From a virus (taxonomy: Duplodnaviria > Heunggongvirae > Uroviricota > Caudoviricetes): 41,736 nt of DNA. The position numbers and the translations under genes are program-made. Of the stretch, positions 31,468-40,425 are shown one piece after another. Location of the stretch: the IMG/VR virus record IMGVR_UViG_2529292910_000010, positions 1-41,736 of that record. The stretch is one strand, 5' to 3'. Position 1 is the first letter of the stretch. The number at the start of each line of letters is the position of its first letter. The notes beneath the pieces are model-generated. The model did no database searches, was not told the DNA's origin, and was given only the letters and a program-made list of their open reading frames with translations.

Positions 31468-31688
31468 GCTGCACCTCCGAGATGCTTCATGTTTTTTCCG
31501 GAGCAAAAGGCTATAAGCGGCATACTGATGCGGTAATTACGGCCCAGCGGTTCACAAATCACCTTCTGACATTCACGGTCAACCAGGCTAACACGTAGAA
31601 CATGCCCTGCAGGCGTGGTGTACCACTGACCCGGACGAGGACAACGGAAAGTATGATTGGTAAACCGTTTGAAAATATTCCGGATCAT
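31464..31688 (-). CDS. hypothetical protein (74 aa)
   Basis: ORF with ATGA start/stop overlaps to both neighbours. Confidence 0.4.
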   Translation of the reverse strand: MIRNIFKRFTNHTFRCPRPGQWYTTPAGHVLRVSLVDRECQKVICEPLGRNYRISMPLIAFCSGKNMKHLGGAA

Positions 31689-32830
31689 TTGCGCCCCCTT
31701 ACCTCTGAAGGGTTCAGCGACAAATTTATGAGACTGGCCAGTAGCGCCGCGTCGTTGATGCGGTCATACAGACTTACAGCCAGCGGGGATTCGGCTTTTG
31801 CCAACATGGGATAAAGCTGCTGCAGCCAGACCTGATGAATTGATGAAATGTAGGAATAGAGAACGCTGGCGTTATGTGCAACGTCGCTCAGTACAGAGGG
31901 ATTTGAAAGCTGTTTCTCCATCTGGTTAAAGGCATTGATGTATGCCTCTTTGAACCGGGCAGCACGTTTCCCCGTGAAGCCCATGGCAAGAAACGCAAAA
32001 CCGTCGCGGGTGATTTGGTAACAAGGGAGTTTGCGGCCTGTGCAATCGGTGTAATCACTGGGCTGAAAATTCAGCTCAGTGAATTCAACAGAGCACTCAA
32101 GCGTCTGGATTTTTTGAATAACGTTTTTGTGCTGCTTGCAGAAATATTCGGCAACGGCCAAAGAAGAGGTAACAGCCTTCCCATGGATAACATCAATTTT
32201 AGGGTGAGTTTGGGTAGGGGTGGTTGCCATAGTGACATCCTCATGTGCGAATTTTGAAAACTCACCACATGGGACGCCAATCACAGAGGTGGTGAGACGT
32301 ACAGGGTTGGCGTAACCGGTCGCACATGACCCCGGCGCATCTTTCGATGCCCCTGCACGCCCCACCATAATTTGGATGTGAGGAAACGTGCGCAAAAAAA
32401 CCGCTGAAGCGCGGTTATGCGCATGTGCGAATTTCAGGACGCCAATCCCGGCACCCGCTTTATAAGGTGCCTGAACAGTGTAACGTCCCGGAATTGCAGA
32501 ATCAATATGCTGGTGGTCCTTCACACTCAACAAAATCACGCCTGAATTTCCACAAAGGACTAAAGCACTCATGCGGGTAGTCTTTGCGAAGATAGATAAC
32601 GCGCTGTGTTTCTGGCTCCCAACGAATAACATGGACATAAAGCCCTCTTCCGTCACGAAACCAGCGGTTAAGTTCCTGCACAACTCGCCCCCCACAGTCA
32701 GGTAAAGTTCTCTGTGGTTACTTACAGCCAGGTGATTTGGTAATCTGCATTCATGCCGTAACAACAGGTGTTCAGCGACGCTGACCACCAGCTGTTGCGA
32801 CAAACGGTTATTTGCCGTTAAACTATTCAT
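31685..32830 (-). CDS. Rha-family phage regulatory protein with an unusual ~200-aa N-terminal extension
   Basis: residues ~201-300 (MATTPTQTHPKIDVIHGKAVTSSLAVAEYFCKQHKNVIQKI...YQITRDGFAFLAMGFTGKRAARFKEAYINAFNQMEKQL) look like the Rha domain; frame is open for 200 more codons upstream and the ATG at 32830 overlaps the upstream stop (ATGA). Confidence 0.6.
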   Translation of the reverse strand: MNSLTANNRLSQQLVVSVAEHLLLRHECRLPNHLAVSNHRELYLTVGGELCRNLTAGFVTEEGFMSMLFVGSQKHSALSIFAKTTRMSALVLCGNSGVILLSVKDHQHIDSAIPGRYTVQAPYKAGAGIGVLKFAHAHNRASAVFLRTFPHIQIMVGRAGASKDAPGSCATGYANPVRLTTSVIGVPCGEFSKFAHEDVTMATTPTQTHPKIDVIHGKAVTSSLAVAEYFCKQHKNVIQKIQTLECSVEFTELNFQPSDYTDCTGRKLPCYQITRDGFAFLAMGFTGKRAARFKEAYINAFNQMEKQLSNPSVLSDVAHNASVLYSYISSIHQVWLQQLYPMLAKAESPLAVSLYDRINDAALLASLINLSLNPSEVRGRK

Positions 32831-33384
32831 GCGTTAGTTTCTCCACAACCAGAAGCAATCGACGCCACGACGCCCGGAGCTGCACACTCGCGGGCGTTAC
32901 TCTTTTCTGGAGCGCAGAAGATTTTGTAGACCAGTGCTGCATGCTCCTGGAGCTTCGAAATTGAAAGATACAGTTCGTCGTTAATTGCTGTCTTCTCATG
33001 CGGTTCCACTACACCGTCTTCGATTGCTGAACGAATCTGTCTGGAATAACTGCCGATCTGTTCAATGACTTCCAGCAGGCGCTGGTTTATATCGGCGTTC
33101 TCTACTGCCTCAATTTCAGGAAGCGATACGAACACCCCACCAGCAGACTGTGCGACAGCATCCGCAATGTAGTGAGTGCCAGCCGCACGCTGTAAAACCA
33201 TTGCCCATCCCAGCGGGAAAATCTGATCGCCATCTGCACGAAGGCGGTTGAATAATGCGTTCTCTGTTACATCCAGCCACTCAGCAGCTTCAGCGTAACC
33301 CCCCGGCAACGCCGCGATAGTTTTTCTGACAGCTTTCACGTACCACTCAGGCTGTTTTTCCACTTTCCAGTGATGATTACCCAC
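32827..33384 (-). CDS. hypothetical early regulatory protein (in the cII position; YdaT-like guess)
   Basis: 185-aa ORF immediately after the cro-like gene. Confidence 0.45.
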   Translation of the reverse strand: MGNHHWKVEKQPEWYVKAVRKTIAALPGGYAEAAEWLDVTENALFNRLRADGDQIFPLGWAMVLQRAAGTHYIADAVAQSAGGVFVSLPEIEAVENADINQRLLEVIEQIGSYSRQIRSAIEDGVVEPHEKTAINDELYLSISKLQEHAALVYKIFCAPEKSNARECAAPGVVASIASGCGETNA

Positions 33385-33637
33385 GGCTTACCTCCTGTTC
33401 CTGTGGTTTAAACCCATTCTGGTTTTGGCTAGATTGAAAACGTGCCGGATAAAGAATCTGCATTTCGCTGATTTCACCCTTAAAAAAATTGGCCAGACGT
33501 TCTGCAAGATCGATAGATGGAATTTGTTCCAGTCTTTCAATACGACTCAGCGTCGCTGGATTGACCTGAACGCCCGCAGCAACATGCTGCAAAGTAAATC
33601 CGTGCGCCTTACGCACATTCCGTAATGGTGATTGCAT
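33377..33637 (-). CDS. Cro-like HTH repressor
   Basis: 86 aa with HTH (FTLQHVAAGVQVNPATLSRIERLEQIPSIDLAERLANFF); divergent from the cI-like gene; SD ggaggt. Confidence 0.75.
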   Translation of the reverse strand: MQSPLRNVRKAHGFTLQHVAAGVQVNPATLSRIERLEQIPSIDLAERLANFFKGEISEMQILYPARFQSSQNQNGFKPQEQEVSRG

Positions 33638-33734
33638 ATAACCTCCACATATTGCGTGATGAGCATATTATTTCACGCAAATATTTTGCGCAAGTTGATT
33701 TGCTTAACGCGCAATAAAGAAATGTAATAAACGC
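33638..33734. promoter_or_regulatory. oR-like operator/promoter region between cro-like and cI-like genes
   Basis: repeated TTGCG/CGCAA half-sites: attgcgtga...tcacgcaaat, ttgcgcaa palindrome, aacgcgcaat; cI start codon has no obvious SD. Confidence 0.55.
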
Positions 33735-34427
33735 ATGAACATAGGAAACCGAGTCAGACAACTTCGCCAGGCGAAGAACATGAAAATCGCCGATCTCGCT
33801 GAAGCAATAGGAGTGGATGCGGCGAATATCTCACGCCTGGAAACAGGTAAGCAGAAACAATTCACTGAACAAGCCCTGAGTAATATTGCCAGGAGCTTAG
33901 GTGTTGATATCGCTGATCTCTTTACCTCAGACGTCAAAAGTAATACTGTATGTAAAAACAGTATTGGTGAGGATGTTGCGCAGGTGAAGGATGTATTCCG
34001 TATTGAAATGCTGGATGTCAGTGCCAGTGCGGGAAATGGCCTTATCCAGGGCGGTGATGTCATTGATGTGATTCATGCCATTGAATACAGAACTGATAAT
34101 GCTGTATCGATGTTTGGCGGACGGCCAGCCAATCACATTAAAGTTATCAACGTTCGTGGGGACAGTATGTGTCCAACCATTGAGCCAGGAGATCTCATCT
34201 TCGTTGATATCAGTATCAATCAGTTTGATGGGGATGGTATATATGTATTTGGTTTTGATGATAAAATTTACGTCAAACGACTGCAAATGATACCTGATAA
34301 ACTGCTGGTAATTTCTGATAATCAGATTTACCGCGAATGGGGAATTACCAGCGAAAACGAACATCGGTTTATGGTCTTTGGAAAGGTCTTAATCAGTCAG
34401 TCACAAACCCTTAAGCGACACAATTAA
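33735..34427 (+). CDS. CI-type prophage repressor (HTH_XRE plus S24 LexA-like peptidase domain)
   Basis: 230 aa; N-terminal HTH (MKIADLAEAIGVDAANISRLETGKQ), C-terminal S24 signature (RGDSMCPTIEPGDLIFVD ... KRL). Confidence 0.9.
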   Translation: MNIGNRVRQLRQAKNMKIADLAEAIGVDAANISRLETGKQKQFTEQALSNIARSLGVDIADLFTSDVKSNTVCKNSIGEDVAQVKDVFRIEMLDVSASAGNGLIQGGDVIDVIHAIEYRTDNAVSMFGGRPANHIKVINVRGDSMCPTIEPGDLIFVDISINQFDGDGIYVFGFDDKIYVKRLQMIPDKLLVISDNQIYREWGITSENEHRFMVFGKVLISQSQTLKRHN

Positions 34428-34448
34428 CCCCTACCTCAACATCAATTA

Positions 34449-34472
34449 GCCACCAGAAGGTGGCTTTTCATT
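34449..34472 (+). terminator. intrinsic terminator after the cI-like gene
   Basis: gccacc-agaa-ggtggc hairpin plus ttttcatt. Confidence 0.7.
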
Positions 34473-34481
34473 ACCCACCAA

Positions 34482-34522
34482 ATTGCATATCTCGCAATAA
34501 AAACACTTGCATAATGCGCAAC
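34482..34522 (+). promoter_or_regulatory. oL/pL-like region (operator half-sites similar to oR)
   Basis: ttgcatatctcgcaat and ttgcataatgcgcaa resemble the oR motifs; precise -35/-10 not assignable. Confidence 0.4.
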
Positions 34523-35129
34523 TTCATTTTATCTTTCTTTCCAGACATACAAACAAGGTACTAACAAAATTTGGTTGTAACACGGCGTATGGCACATGCG
34601 TCGTTAGCGGTCTGGTGACGTTAAAGGGGACAATCCACTCCTTGCTCGGGCAAACAAACCAGGTAGCCGGAATGTGCAAGTCAATGATGATGCTGATAAG
34701 ACGCCTAACCAGCGTGGCGATCCGGTTTGACGCCTGGGAAGAGACCAGGGTGCAACGATGAGGGCATTTATGGAACCGCGACAAAGTGTGGTGCCGTAAC
34801 TGGCTAAGTGCTCTCAGCGTTGTGGTAATCCGCGAAATGGCGCGGCGGTAAGTATGGCGGGGTTACTCTTTCCCCGTTGAGGACACCGGATTGTCAGGTT
34901 GACCATACGCCTGAGTGACAACCCCACCACAACAGCCACTGCTTTGGCGGTACCAGTTTGTACCCTTGCTTCCGGCTGGTACCGCTCTTTTTACAAAACA
35001 GAGAAGAGCATCACCGGACGACGGGCTCATAACCCAATCCATCCGGGCGGCTGTCACCGCAGGTGTTCTTCTCTGTTTTGTGGAGAAACCAACCGACCTT
35101 GCAGGGTCGGTATGATGAGGAGCAGCAAA

Positions 35130-35492
35130 ATGGCTAGCGTACGCAGTACTGATGTGCAGGTATTTATCGTAGAACTGGACGGCGGCGTATTTGAAACCAA
35201 ACTCGGCGCAGTTCTCAGTGAAGTCGCTTCCGGTGTGATGAACACGAAAAACAAAGGTAAAGTCTCGGTCAATCTGGACATCGAACCGTTTGATGAGAAC
35301 CGTGTGAAAATCAAACACAAACTCTCATATGTTCGCCCGACTAACCGCGGGAAAATCTCCGAAGAAGACACCACCGAAACGCCGATGTATGTCAATCGAG
35401 GTGGTCGCCTGACTATTCTGCAGGAAGACCAGGGACAATTACTGACTCTTGCCGGTGAACCTGACGGAAAACTCCGCGCAGCAGGTCATTAA
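35130..35492 (+). CDS. hypothetical protein (first gene of the early-left operon)
   Basis: start at MASVRSTDVQVFIVELDGG with SD gagga; ORF track entry 34899..35492 is an upstream extension. Confidence 0.55.
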   Translation: MASVRSTDVQVFIVELDGGVFETKLGAVLSEVASGVMNTKNKGKVSVNLDIEPFDENRVKIKHKLSYVRPTNRGKISEEDTTETPMYVNRGGRLTILQEDQGQLLTLAGEPDGKLRAAGH

Positions 35493-35557
35493 TATCGTTC
35501 TTAATTAACTGATTATTTATCTCATCACTGAATATCTTAATATAGTGAGGACTTATT

Positions 35558-36382
35558 ATGTCTCAGAACTTAGACGCAACCGCAATTAATCAAATCCATG
35601 CCCTTATTTCTGCTCAGGGTGTTAATGAAATTATCAGTAAGATTGGTGCCGATGCTGTGGCATTGCCTGAGAATTTCCGCATTCATGATCTGGAAAAATT
35701 TAATTTAAATCGCTTCCGTTTCCGTGGTGCGCTTTCCACTGCCAGCATCGATGACTTTACCCGTTATTCTAAAGATCTTGCAGATGAAGGCACCCGCTGC
35801 TTTATCGATGCCGATAATATGCGTGCCGTCAGTGTGCTTAACCTGGGTACTATTGGTGAACCAGGTCACGCAGATAACACCGCCACACTCAAACTGAAAA
35901 AGACAGCACCGTTCTCTGCTCTGTTGTCTGTTAACGGCGAGCGTAACTCCCAGAAGTCACTGGCAGAATGGATTGAAGACTGGGCCGACTATCTTGTGGG
36001 CTTTGATGCTAATGGTGACGCTATTAAGGCAACAAAAGCGGCTGCGGCAGTCCGTAAAATCACGATTGAAGCAAACCAGACCGCTGATTTTGAAGATAAT
36101 GACTTCAGCGGCAAACGCTCTTTGATGGAGTCTGTCGAAGCGAAAACCAAAGACATTATGCCAGTAGCATTTGAGTTTAAATGCGTTCCGTTTGAAGGCC
36201 TGAAAGAACGTCCGTTTAAATTACGCCTCAGCATTATCACTGGTGATCGCCCTGTACTGGTTCTGCGCATTATTCAGCTGGAAGCGGTGCAGGAAGATAT
36301 GGCTAACGAATTTCGTGATCTGCTTGTTGAGAAATTCAAAGACAGCAAAGTAGAAACCTTTATTGGTACTTTCACCGCCTGA
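35558..36382 (+). CDS. DUF2303-like protein (YfdQ-like)
   Basis: 274 aa; size and sequence character resemble the CPS-53/KplE1 yfdQ product as recalled. Confidence 0.6.
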   Translation: MSQNLDATAINQIHALISAQGVNEIISKIGADAVALPENFRIHDLEKFNLNRFRFRGALSTASIDDFTRYSKDLADEGTRCFIDADNMRAVSVLNLGTIGEPGHADNTATLKLKKTAPFSALLSVNGERNSQKSLAEWIEDWADYLVGFDANGDAIKATKAAAAVRKITIEANQTADFEDNDFSGKRSLMESVEAKTKDIMPVAFEFKCVPFEGLKERPFKLRLSIITGDRPVLVLRIIQLEAVQEDMANEFRDLLVEKFKDSKVETFIGTFTA

Positions 36383-36509
36383 TTTCATTACTGCAAATGC
36401 CCCTGCGGGGGCATTTATGGAAACGTAATTAACTCAATAATCACCGGATGGTGAGGGCTTCCTTTTACCCAAATTCAGCGCGGTGCAGCGCATATACGTG
36501 GAGAACAAA

Positions 36510-37046
36510 ATGTCATTTATTAAAACTTTTTCCGGGAAGCATTTTTATTATGACAAGATAAATAAAGATGACATCGTTATTAACGATATCGCGGTTTCCC
36601 TTTCAAATATCTGTCGCTTTGCCGGTCATCTTTCTCACTTCTACAGCGTCGCCCAACATGCGGTGCTTTGCAGCCAGCTGGTGCCGCAGGAATTTGCTTT
36701 TGAAGCGTTAATGCATGATGCAACAGAAGCGTATTGCCAGGACATCCCAGCTCCACTGAAACGCCTTCTTCCTGACTATAAACGGATGGAAGAAAAAATA
36801 GACGCCGTAATCCGTGAGAAATACGGGTTACCTCCTGTTATGAGCACGCCAGTGAAATATGCCGATCTCATTATGCTGGCAACCGAACGTCGCGATCTCG
36901 GGCTTGATGATGGCTCTTTCTGGCCTGTACTGGAAGGTATCCCGGCGACAGAGATGTTCAAAGTTATTCCACTGTCACCAGGCCATGCCTACGGGATGTT
37001 TATGGAACGTTTTAACGAGTTATCGGAGTTACGCAAATGCGCATGA
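36510..37046 (+). CDS. HD-domain phosphohydrolase (YfdR-like)
   Basis: start MSFIKTF...; HD motif region (HLSHFYSVAQHAVLCS ... MHDATEAYCQDIP). Confidence 0.7.
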   Translation: MSFIKTFSGKHFYYDKINKDDIVINDIAVSLSNICRFAGHLSHFYSVAQHAVLCSQLVPQEFAFEALMHDATEAYCQDIPAPLKRLLPDYKRMEEKIDAVIREKYGLPPVMSTPVKYADLIMLATERRDLGLDDGSFWPVLEGIPATEMFKVIPLSPGHAYGMFMERFNELSELRKCA

Positions 37047-37399
37047 ATGTTTTCGAAATGGAAGGGTTTCTTCGCGGGAAATGTGTACCACGAGATCTGA
37101 AAGTGAATGAAACAAATGCTGAGTACCTGGTACGTAAATTCGATGCGCTTGAAGCTAAATGTGCGGCACTGGAAAACAAAATAATACCAGTGTCAGCTGA
37201 ACTGCCGCCAGCAAATGAAAGTGTTCTGTTATTTGATGCTAACGGAGAAGGCTGGCTAATTGGCTGGCGTTCTCTCTGGTACACCTGGGGACAAAAAGAA
37301 ACCGGAGAATGGCTGTGGACATTTCAGGTCGGGGACCTTGAAAACGTCAATATCACTCACTGGGCAGTAATGCCGAAAGCACCGAAGAATAAAAAATGA
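37037..37399 (+). CDS. hypothetical protein (YfdS-like position)
   Basis: 120-aa ORF overlapping the previous stop. Confidence 0.5.
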   Translation: MRMNVFEMEGFLRGKCVPRDLKVNETNAEYLVRKFDALEAKCAALENKIIPVSAELPPANESVLLFDANGEGWLIGWRSLWYTWGQKETGEWLWTFQVGDLENVNITHWAVMPKAPKNKK

Positions 37400-37599
37400 G
37401 CGTGATAAAAACTCATACAGGAATTGTTATCACCCGAGACGGTCCGCAGGTAAAAAAACTGCACCAGACAAAGCGGATGTGGGTCGTCGGAAAAAACGAG
37501 TTTTACCACAAAGAAACCGGACGCCGCCACTTTGCAGAAAATACTCGCCGCCGACTGCTGATCGATACCATCAAGCCTATCGAGGTGAAGCATGTTTAA
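37396..37599 (+). CDS. hypothetical protein
   Basis: 67-aa ORF, start overlaps the previous stop. Confidence 0.45.
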   Translation: MSVIKTHTGIVITRDGPQVKKLHQTKRMWVVGKNEFYHKETGRRHFAENTRRRLLIDTIKPIEVKHV

Positions 37600-37831
37600 A
37601 CAGAACGAAAAATCTATCGCTCAAATTGCTGAGTATATCCCGCGTGCGTGCCGGGATATGCAGTTGCAGGAAGCCAAAGCACGCCTGGAGAAAAAAATTG
37701 CGCTCTATATCGATGACGGCTGTGATGCCGCCGTTCTTAACGCGGCGTTCGCGCCAGCTCTTAACAGTCATACGCGAAAGTCTTTTTTTTCGTGCATCGC
37801 AGCGCAGATCCGTAAAGGAGGCAACCAGTGA
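37592..37831 (+). CDS. hypothetical protein
   Basis: 79-aa ORF, overlapping starts/stops with neighbours. Confidence 0.45.
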   Translation: MFKQNEKSIAQIAEYIPRACRDMQLQEAKARLEKKIALYIDDGCDAAVLNAAFAPALNSHTRKSFFSCIAAQIRKGGNQ

Positions 37832-38376
37832 GCAACATTAACTATCAGGTACTGCGTGAAAAGGCAGAGAAAGCAACTAAAGGAAGCTACATCGTAGGGC
37901 ATACATCTGTTAACCAACACGGCAATTTAACAGGAGTTTTTGTTTGTCAAAAATGGAAAGGAGAACCCGGTGGCGTGATTGCGGAATGTCATGTTAACTG
38001 CCTGATTGAATCAGATGCTCAGGCTTATGCAAACGCTGAATTCATAGCAGAGGCTAACCCGGCTACCGTGCTGGCACTGCTGGATGAACGGGAAAGAAAC
38101 CAGCAATACATCAAACGCCGTGACCAGGAGAACGAGGATATTGCGCTAACGGTAGGGAAGCTGCGTGTTGAGCTTGAAGCAGAAAAACAGCGGGCAAAAG
38201 TTCTATTTATGGAAAATGCTCGGCTTAAGTCAGGCATAGCCGGTCTGATACACCTCGGTATTCGATATGCAGATGTTGAGGTCATGAAAATTGCTGGAGA
38301 TGCCCAGCTTTCTACCCCATGCACTGACAGCATCATAAACAGCATTGCAACAGGCATTCGCATCAAAGGAGAGTGA
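37828..38376 (+). CDS. Ead/Ea22-like protein
   Basis: 182 aa starting MSNINYQVLREKAEKATKGSY, resembling the Ea22-like N-terminus as recalled; coiled-coil C-terminal half. Confidence 0.55.
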   Translation: MSNINYQVLREKAEKATKGSYIVGHTSVNQHGNLTGVFVCQKWKGEPGGVIAECHVNCLIESDAQAYANAEFIAEANPATVLALLDERERNQQYIKRRDQENEDIALTVGKLRVELEAEKQRAKVLFMENARLKSGIAGLIHLGIRYADVEVMKIAGDAQLSTPCTDSIINSIATGIRIKGE

Positions 38377-38377
38377 T

Positions 38378-38893
38378 ATGGCGTTAACACACCACGAACT
38401 CTGTCAGATTGCGTACAAGTTCCTTAAGCGCAACGGGTTCAAGGTTTGCTTTCATGACCGCTTTGTTGCTGTAACCAGTACCGGAGAACAGCCAGATGCT
38501 ATGGGATTCAGAAATTCAGCATCATGCCTGATAGAGGCGAAGTGTTCTCGTGCTGACTTGTTGGCAGATAGAAAAAAGCGTTTCCGTAAAAATCCCTCAC
38601 TTGGCATGGGCGACTGGCGATTCTTTATTAGTGAGCCGGAAATTATTTCAGTTGAGGATTTACCTCCCGGCTGGGGATTACTTCACGTTGTTAACGGAAG
38701 AGTACGGAAAGTACATGGATGGCCCAGGGGTAATTGCTGTTGGGGTAATCCTGACGATAAGCCATTTACTGGGAATAAGCAGGTTGAATGCGATTACATG
38801 TTATCTGCATTAAGGCGCATGGAGTTGAGAGGGCACCTTAATGAAATATATGACGGTGTGATTGTTAATAAGAAAGAAGGAAACGCGGCATGA
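38378..38893 (+). CDS. putative PD-(D/E)xK-family nuclease
   Basis: start MALTHHELCQIAYKF with strong SD aggag; D...EAK-type motif (QPDAMGFRNSASCLIEAKCS). Confidence 0.45.
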   Translation: MALTHHELCQIAYKFLKRNGFKVCFHDRFVAVTSTGEQPDAMGFRNSASCLIEAKCSRADLLADRKKRFRKNPSLGMGDWRFFISEPEIISVEDLPPGWGLLHVVNGRVRKVHGWPRGNCCWGNPDDKPFTGNKQVECDYMLSALRRMELRGHLNEIYDGVIVNKKEGNAA

Positions 38894-39648
38894 TCACTAT
38901 TACCAAAGGGCGACTGCTGACAATCAAGCAGTGGCGCGAAACATACGGACCGGGTAGCAACGTTGTACTGCCAGCAGAAGAAGCGGAAGAACTGGCACGA
39001 ATTGCACTGATATCGCTGGAAGCAGAGCCGGTGGCAAAGATTATAGCTCATTACCCATTAGGAGTTGACGTAGGCAAACAAAAGTTCGTGCAGGCCATTG
39101 GAGAGCTTCCTGACTTTGGCGGATATCTATTTGCCGCCCCGCCAGCGCCGGTAGTGCCGGAAGAAGCAACTCCGGAAAACGTAGAAATGCTCTCTGGCTA
39201 TGTTTCCACGTACAAATTAACCGATAGCGAGCGCGATATTGCTGCCGAAATATGGAACGCCTGCCGCACCGCCATGCTTCAGTCCGGAAACTTTCGGGAA
39301 AGCAAGAATTCGTCAACCAATAATTTTCGGGAAATCCCGGAAGCGTCAACCAGCTCTCCGGTAACTCCGGCTCTTCTGCCTGGTGGTTTCACCATTGAGG
39401 AGGCGAAGGAATTACATGAAGACCTGGTACGCAGCCACATAAGCAAGGCCTTAAGTGGCGAAAAGATGAAAAAGAAAGATCGCGATGCTGATTTGCGCTG
39501 GATTCATGGCGTTATAGTTCAGGCAGCGTGGTTTGTAAAAGCATCACTGGAGCAGAATGCACTATCGGGCAACTCTCCGGTAACTCCGGATGGTTGGATA
39601 AGCTGTAGTGAGCGAATGCCGGACGACAGGCAGGAGGTGAATCAATGA
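38890..39648 (+). CDS. hypothetical protein
   Basis: 252-aa ORF with internal repeats (NSSTNNFREIPEASTSSPVTP / SGNSPVTPDG). Confidence 0.5.
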   Translation: MITITKGRLLTIKQWRETYGPGSNVVLPAEEAEELARIALISLEAEPVAKIIAHYPLGVDVGKQKFVQAIGELPDFGGYLFAAPPAPVVPEEATPENVEMLSGYVSTYKLTDSERDIAAEIWNACRTAMLQSGNFRESKNSSTNNFREIPEASTSSPVTPALLPGGFTIEEAKELHEDLVRSHISKALSGEKMKKKDRDADLRWIHGVIVQAAWFVKASLEQNALSGNSPVTPDGWISCSERMPDDRQEVNQ

Positions 39649-39732
39649 GCTGGCCTGATGCAATCGTAACTCTGGGGGTGGTATTCGCAGCAGCGTTTGT
39701 TGTGTTCTCGATTTGTCGATGGGGATAACCAC

Positions 39733-39975
39733 ATGTTCGCTTTGATTCAACGCGGTCAGATATACACGGACAGAGCCGGATACCCCGTGGTGATTACTCG
39801 CATCACTGAGCACTCAGTGTTCTTTCGACGGATGGACGGACGATCCGGGCGGGTACGCATTGGTGAGTTAAACTGCCTGTTCGAACATATTGACCACCAG
39901 GAGTACCGCAAAATTCTCGCGGACACTGAGCAGGAAAAGCACCTGAAAAAATTACGAGCCATAAAAAGGAAGTAA
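39733..39975 (+). CDS. hypothetical protein
   Basis: start MFALIQRGQIYTDRAGYPVV inside ORF track entry 39697..39975. Confidence 0.45.
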   Translation: MFALIQRGQIYTDRAGYPVVITRITEHSVFFRRMDGRSGRVRIGELNCLFEHIDHQEYRKILADTEQEKHLKKLRAIKRK

Positions 39976-39978
39976 AGA

Positions 39979-40125
39979 ATGAATAAAGCATTTGAACGAT
40001 GGGTCCACCAGCGTTACGGCAATCGCTATGACCTGACGCGAGATGTTGACGGCTTCTACTGTCGTGAAGTTGTGAAGCGAATGTTTGAAGTGTGTTGCCA
40101 CTGCCGTGGGCTGAGTGTTGTGTGA
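39979..40125 (+). CDS. hypothetical small Cys-rich protein (48 aa)
   Basis: ATG 39979 with SD aagga; MNKAFERWVHQRYGNRYDLTRDVDGFYCREVVKRMFEVCCHCRGLSVV; below the size cutoff of the ORF track. Confidence 0.4.
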   Translation: MNKAFERWVHQRYGNRYDLTRDVDGFYCREVVKRMFEVCCHCRGLSVV

Positions 40126-40133
40126 GGTAATAC

Positions 40134-40370
40134 ATGGGCAATGTGATTCAACTGGCTCCCAATGAATGGGTTTGTGAAAGCGTTCTTATCGCAATTACCG
40201 GGCTCAAACCAGGCACAATTCTTCGGGCCCGGAAAGAATGCTGGATGGTTGGAAGAGAGTATATTCACGTATCACCAGACGGTAATCCAAAGCCTTCCAG
40301 TGAATGTATGTATAACAGAAAAGCAATAGATGCCTGGGTCGCCTCAATGAAAAACAAACAACCCAGGTGA
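40134..40370 (+). CDS. xis: excisionase-like protein
   Basis: 78-aa protein immediately upstream of int; KECWMVGREYIHV motif resembles excisionase-like proteins as recalled. Confidence 0.65.
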   Translation: MGNVIQLAPNEWVCESVLIAITGLKPGTILRARKECWMVGREYIHVSPDGNPKPSSECMYNRKAIDAWVASMKNKQPR

Positions 40371-40425
40371 TTTAATATCATGAAATATGTAAGCTCGTAT
40401 CGCTCTTGGGCGTCTGGAGGTATCG

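Noticed and set aside
32230-32230. Simple call of Rha starting at the internal Met (MATTPTQ) with 32231-32830 non-coding
   Set aside because: The upstream frame is open for 200 codons and the 32830 ATG is translationally coupled to the upstream gene, so the longer ORF is retained as the primary call, with the shorter start still possible.
34507-34761. 84-aa plus-strand ORF in the pL leader as a possible N antiterminator
   Set aside because: No Arg-rich RNA-binding motif, no convincing SD, and sequence looks non-protein-like.
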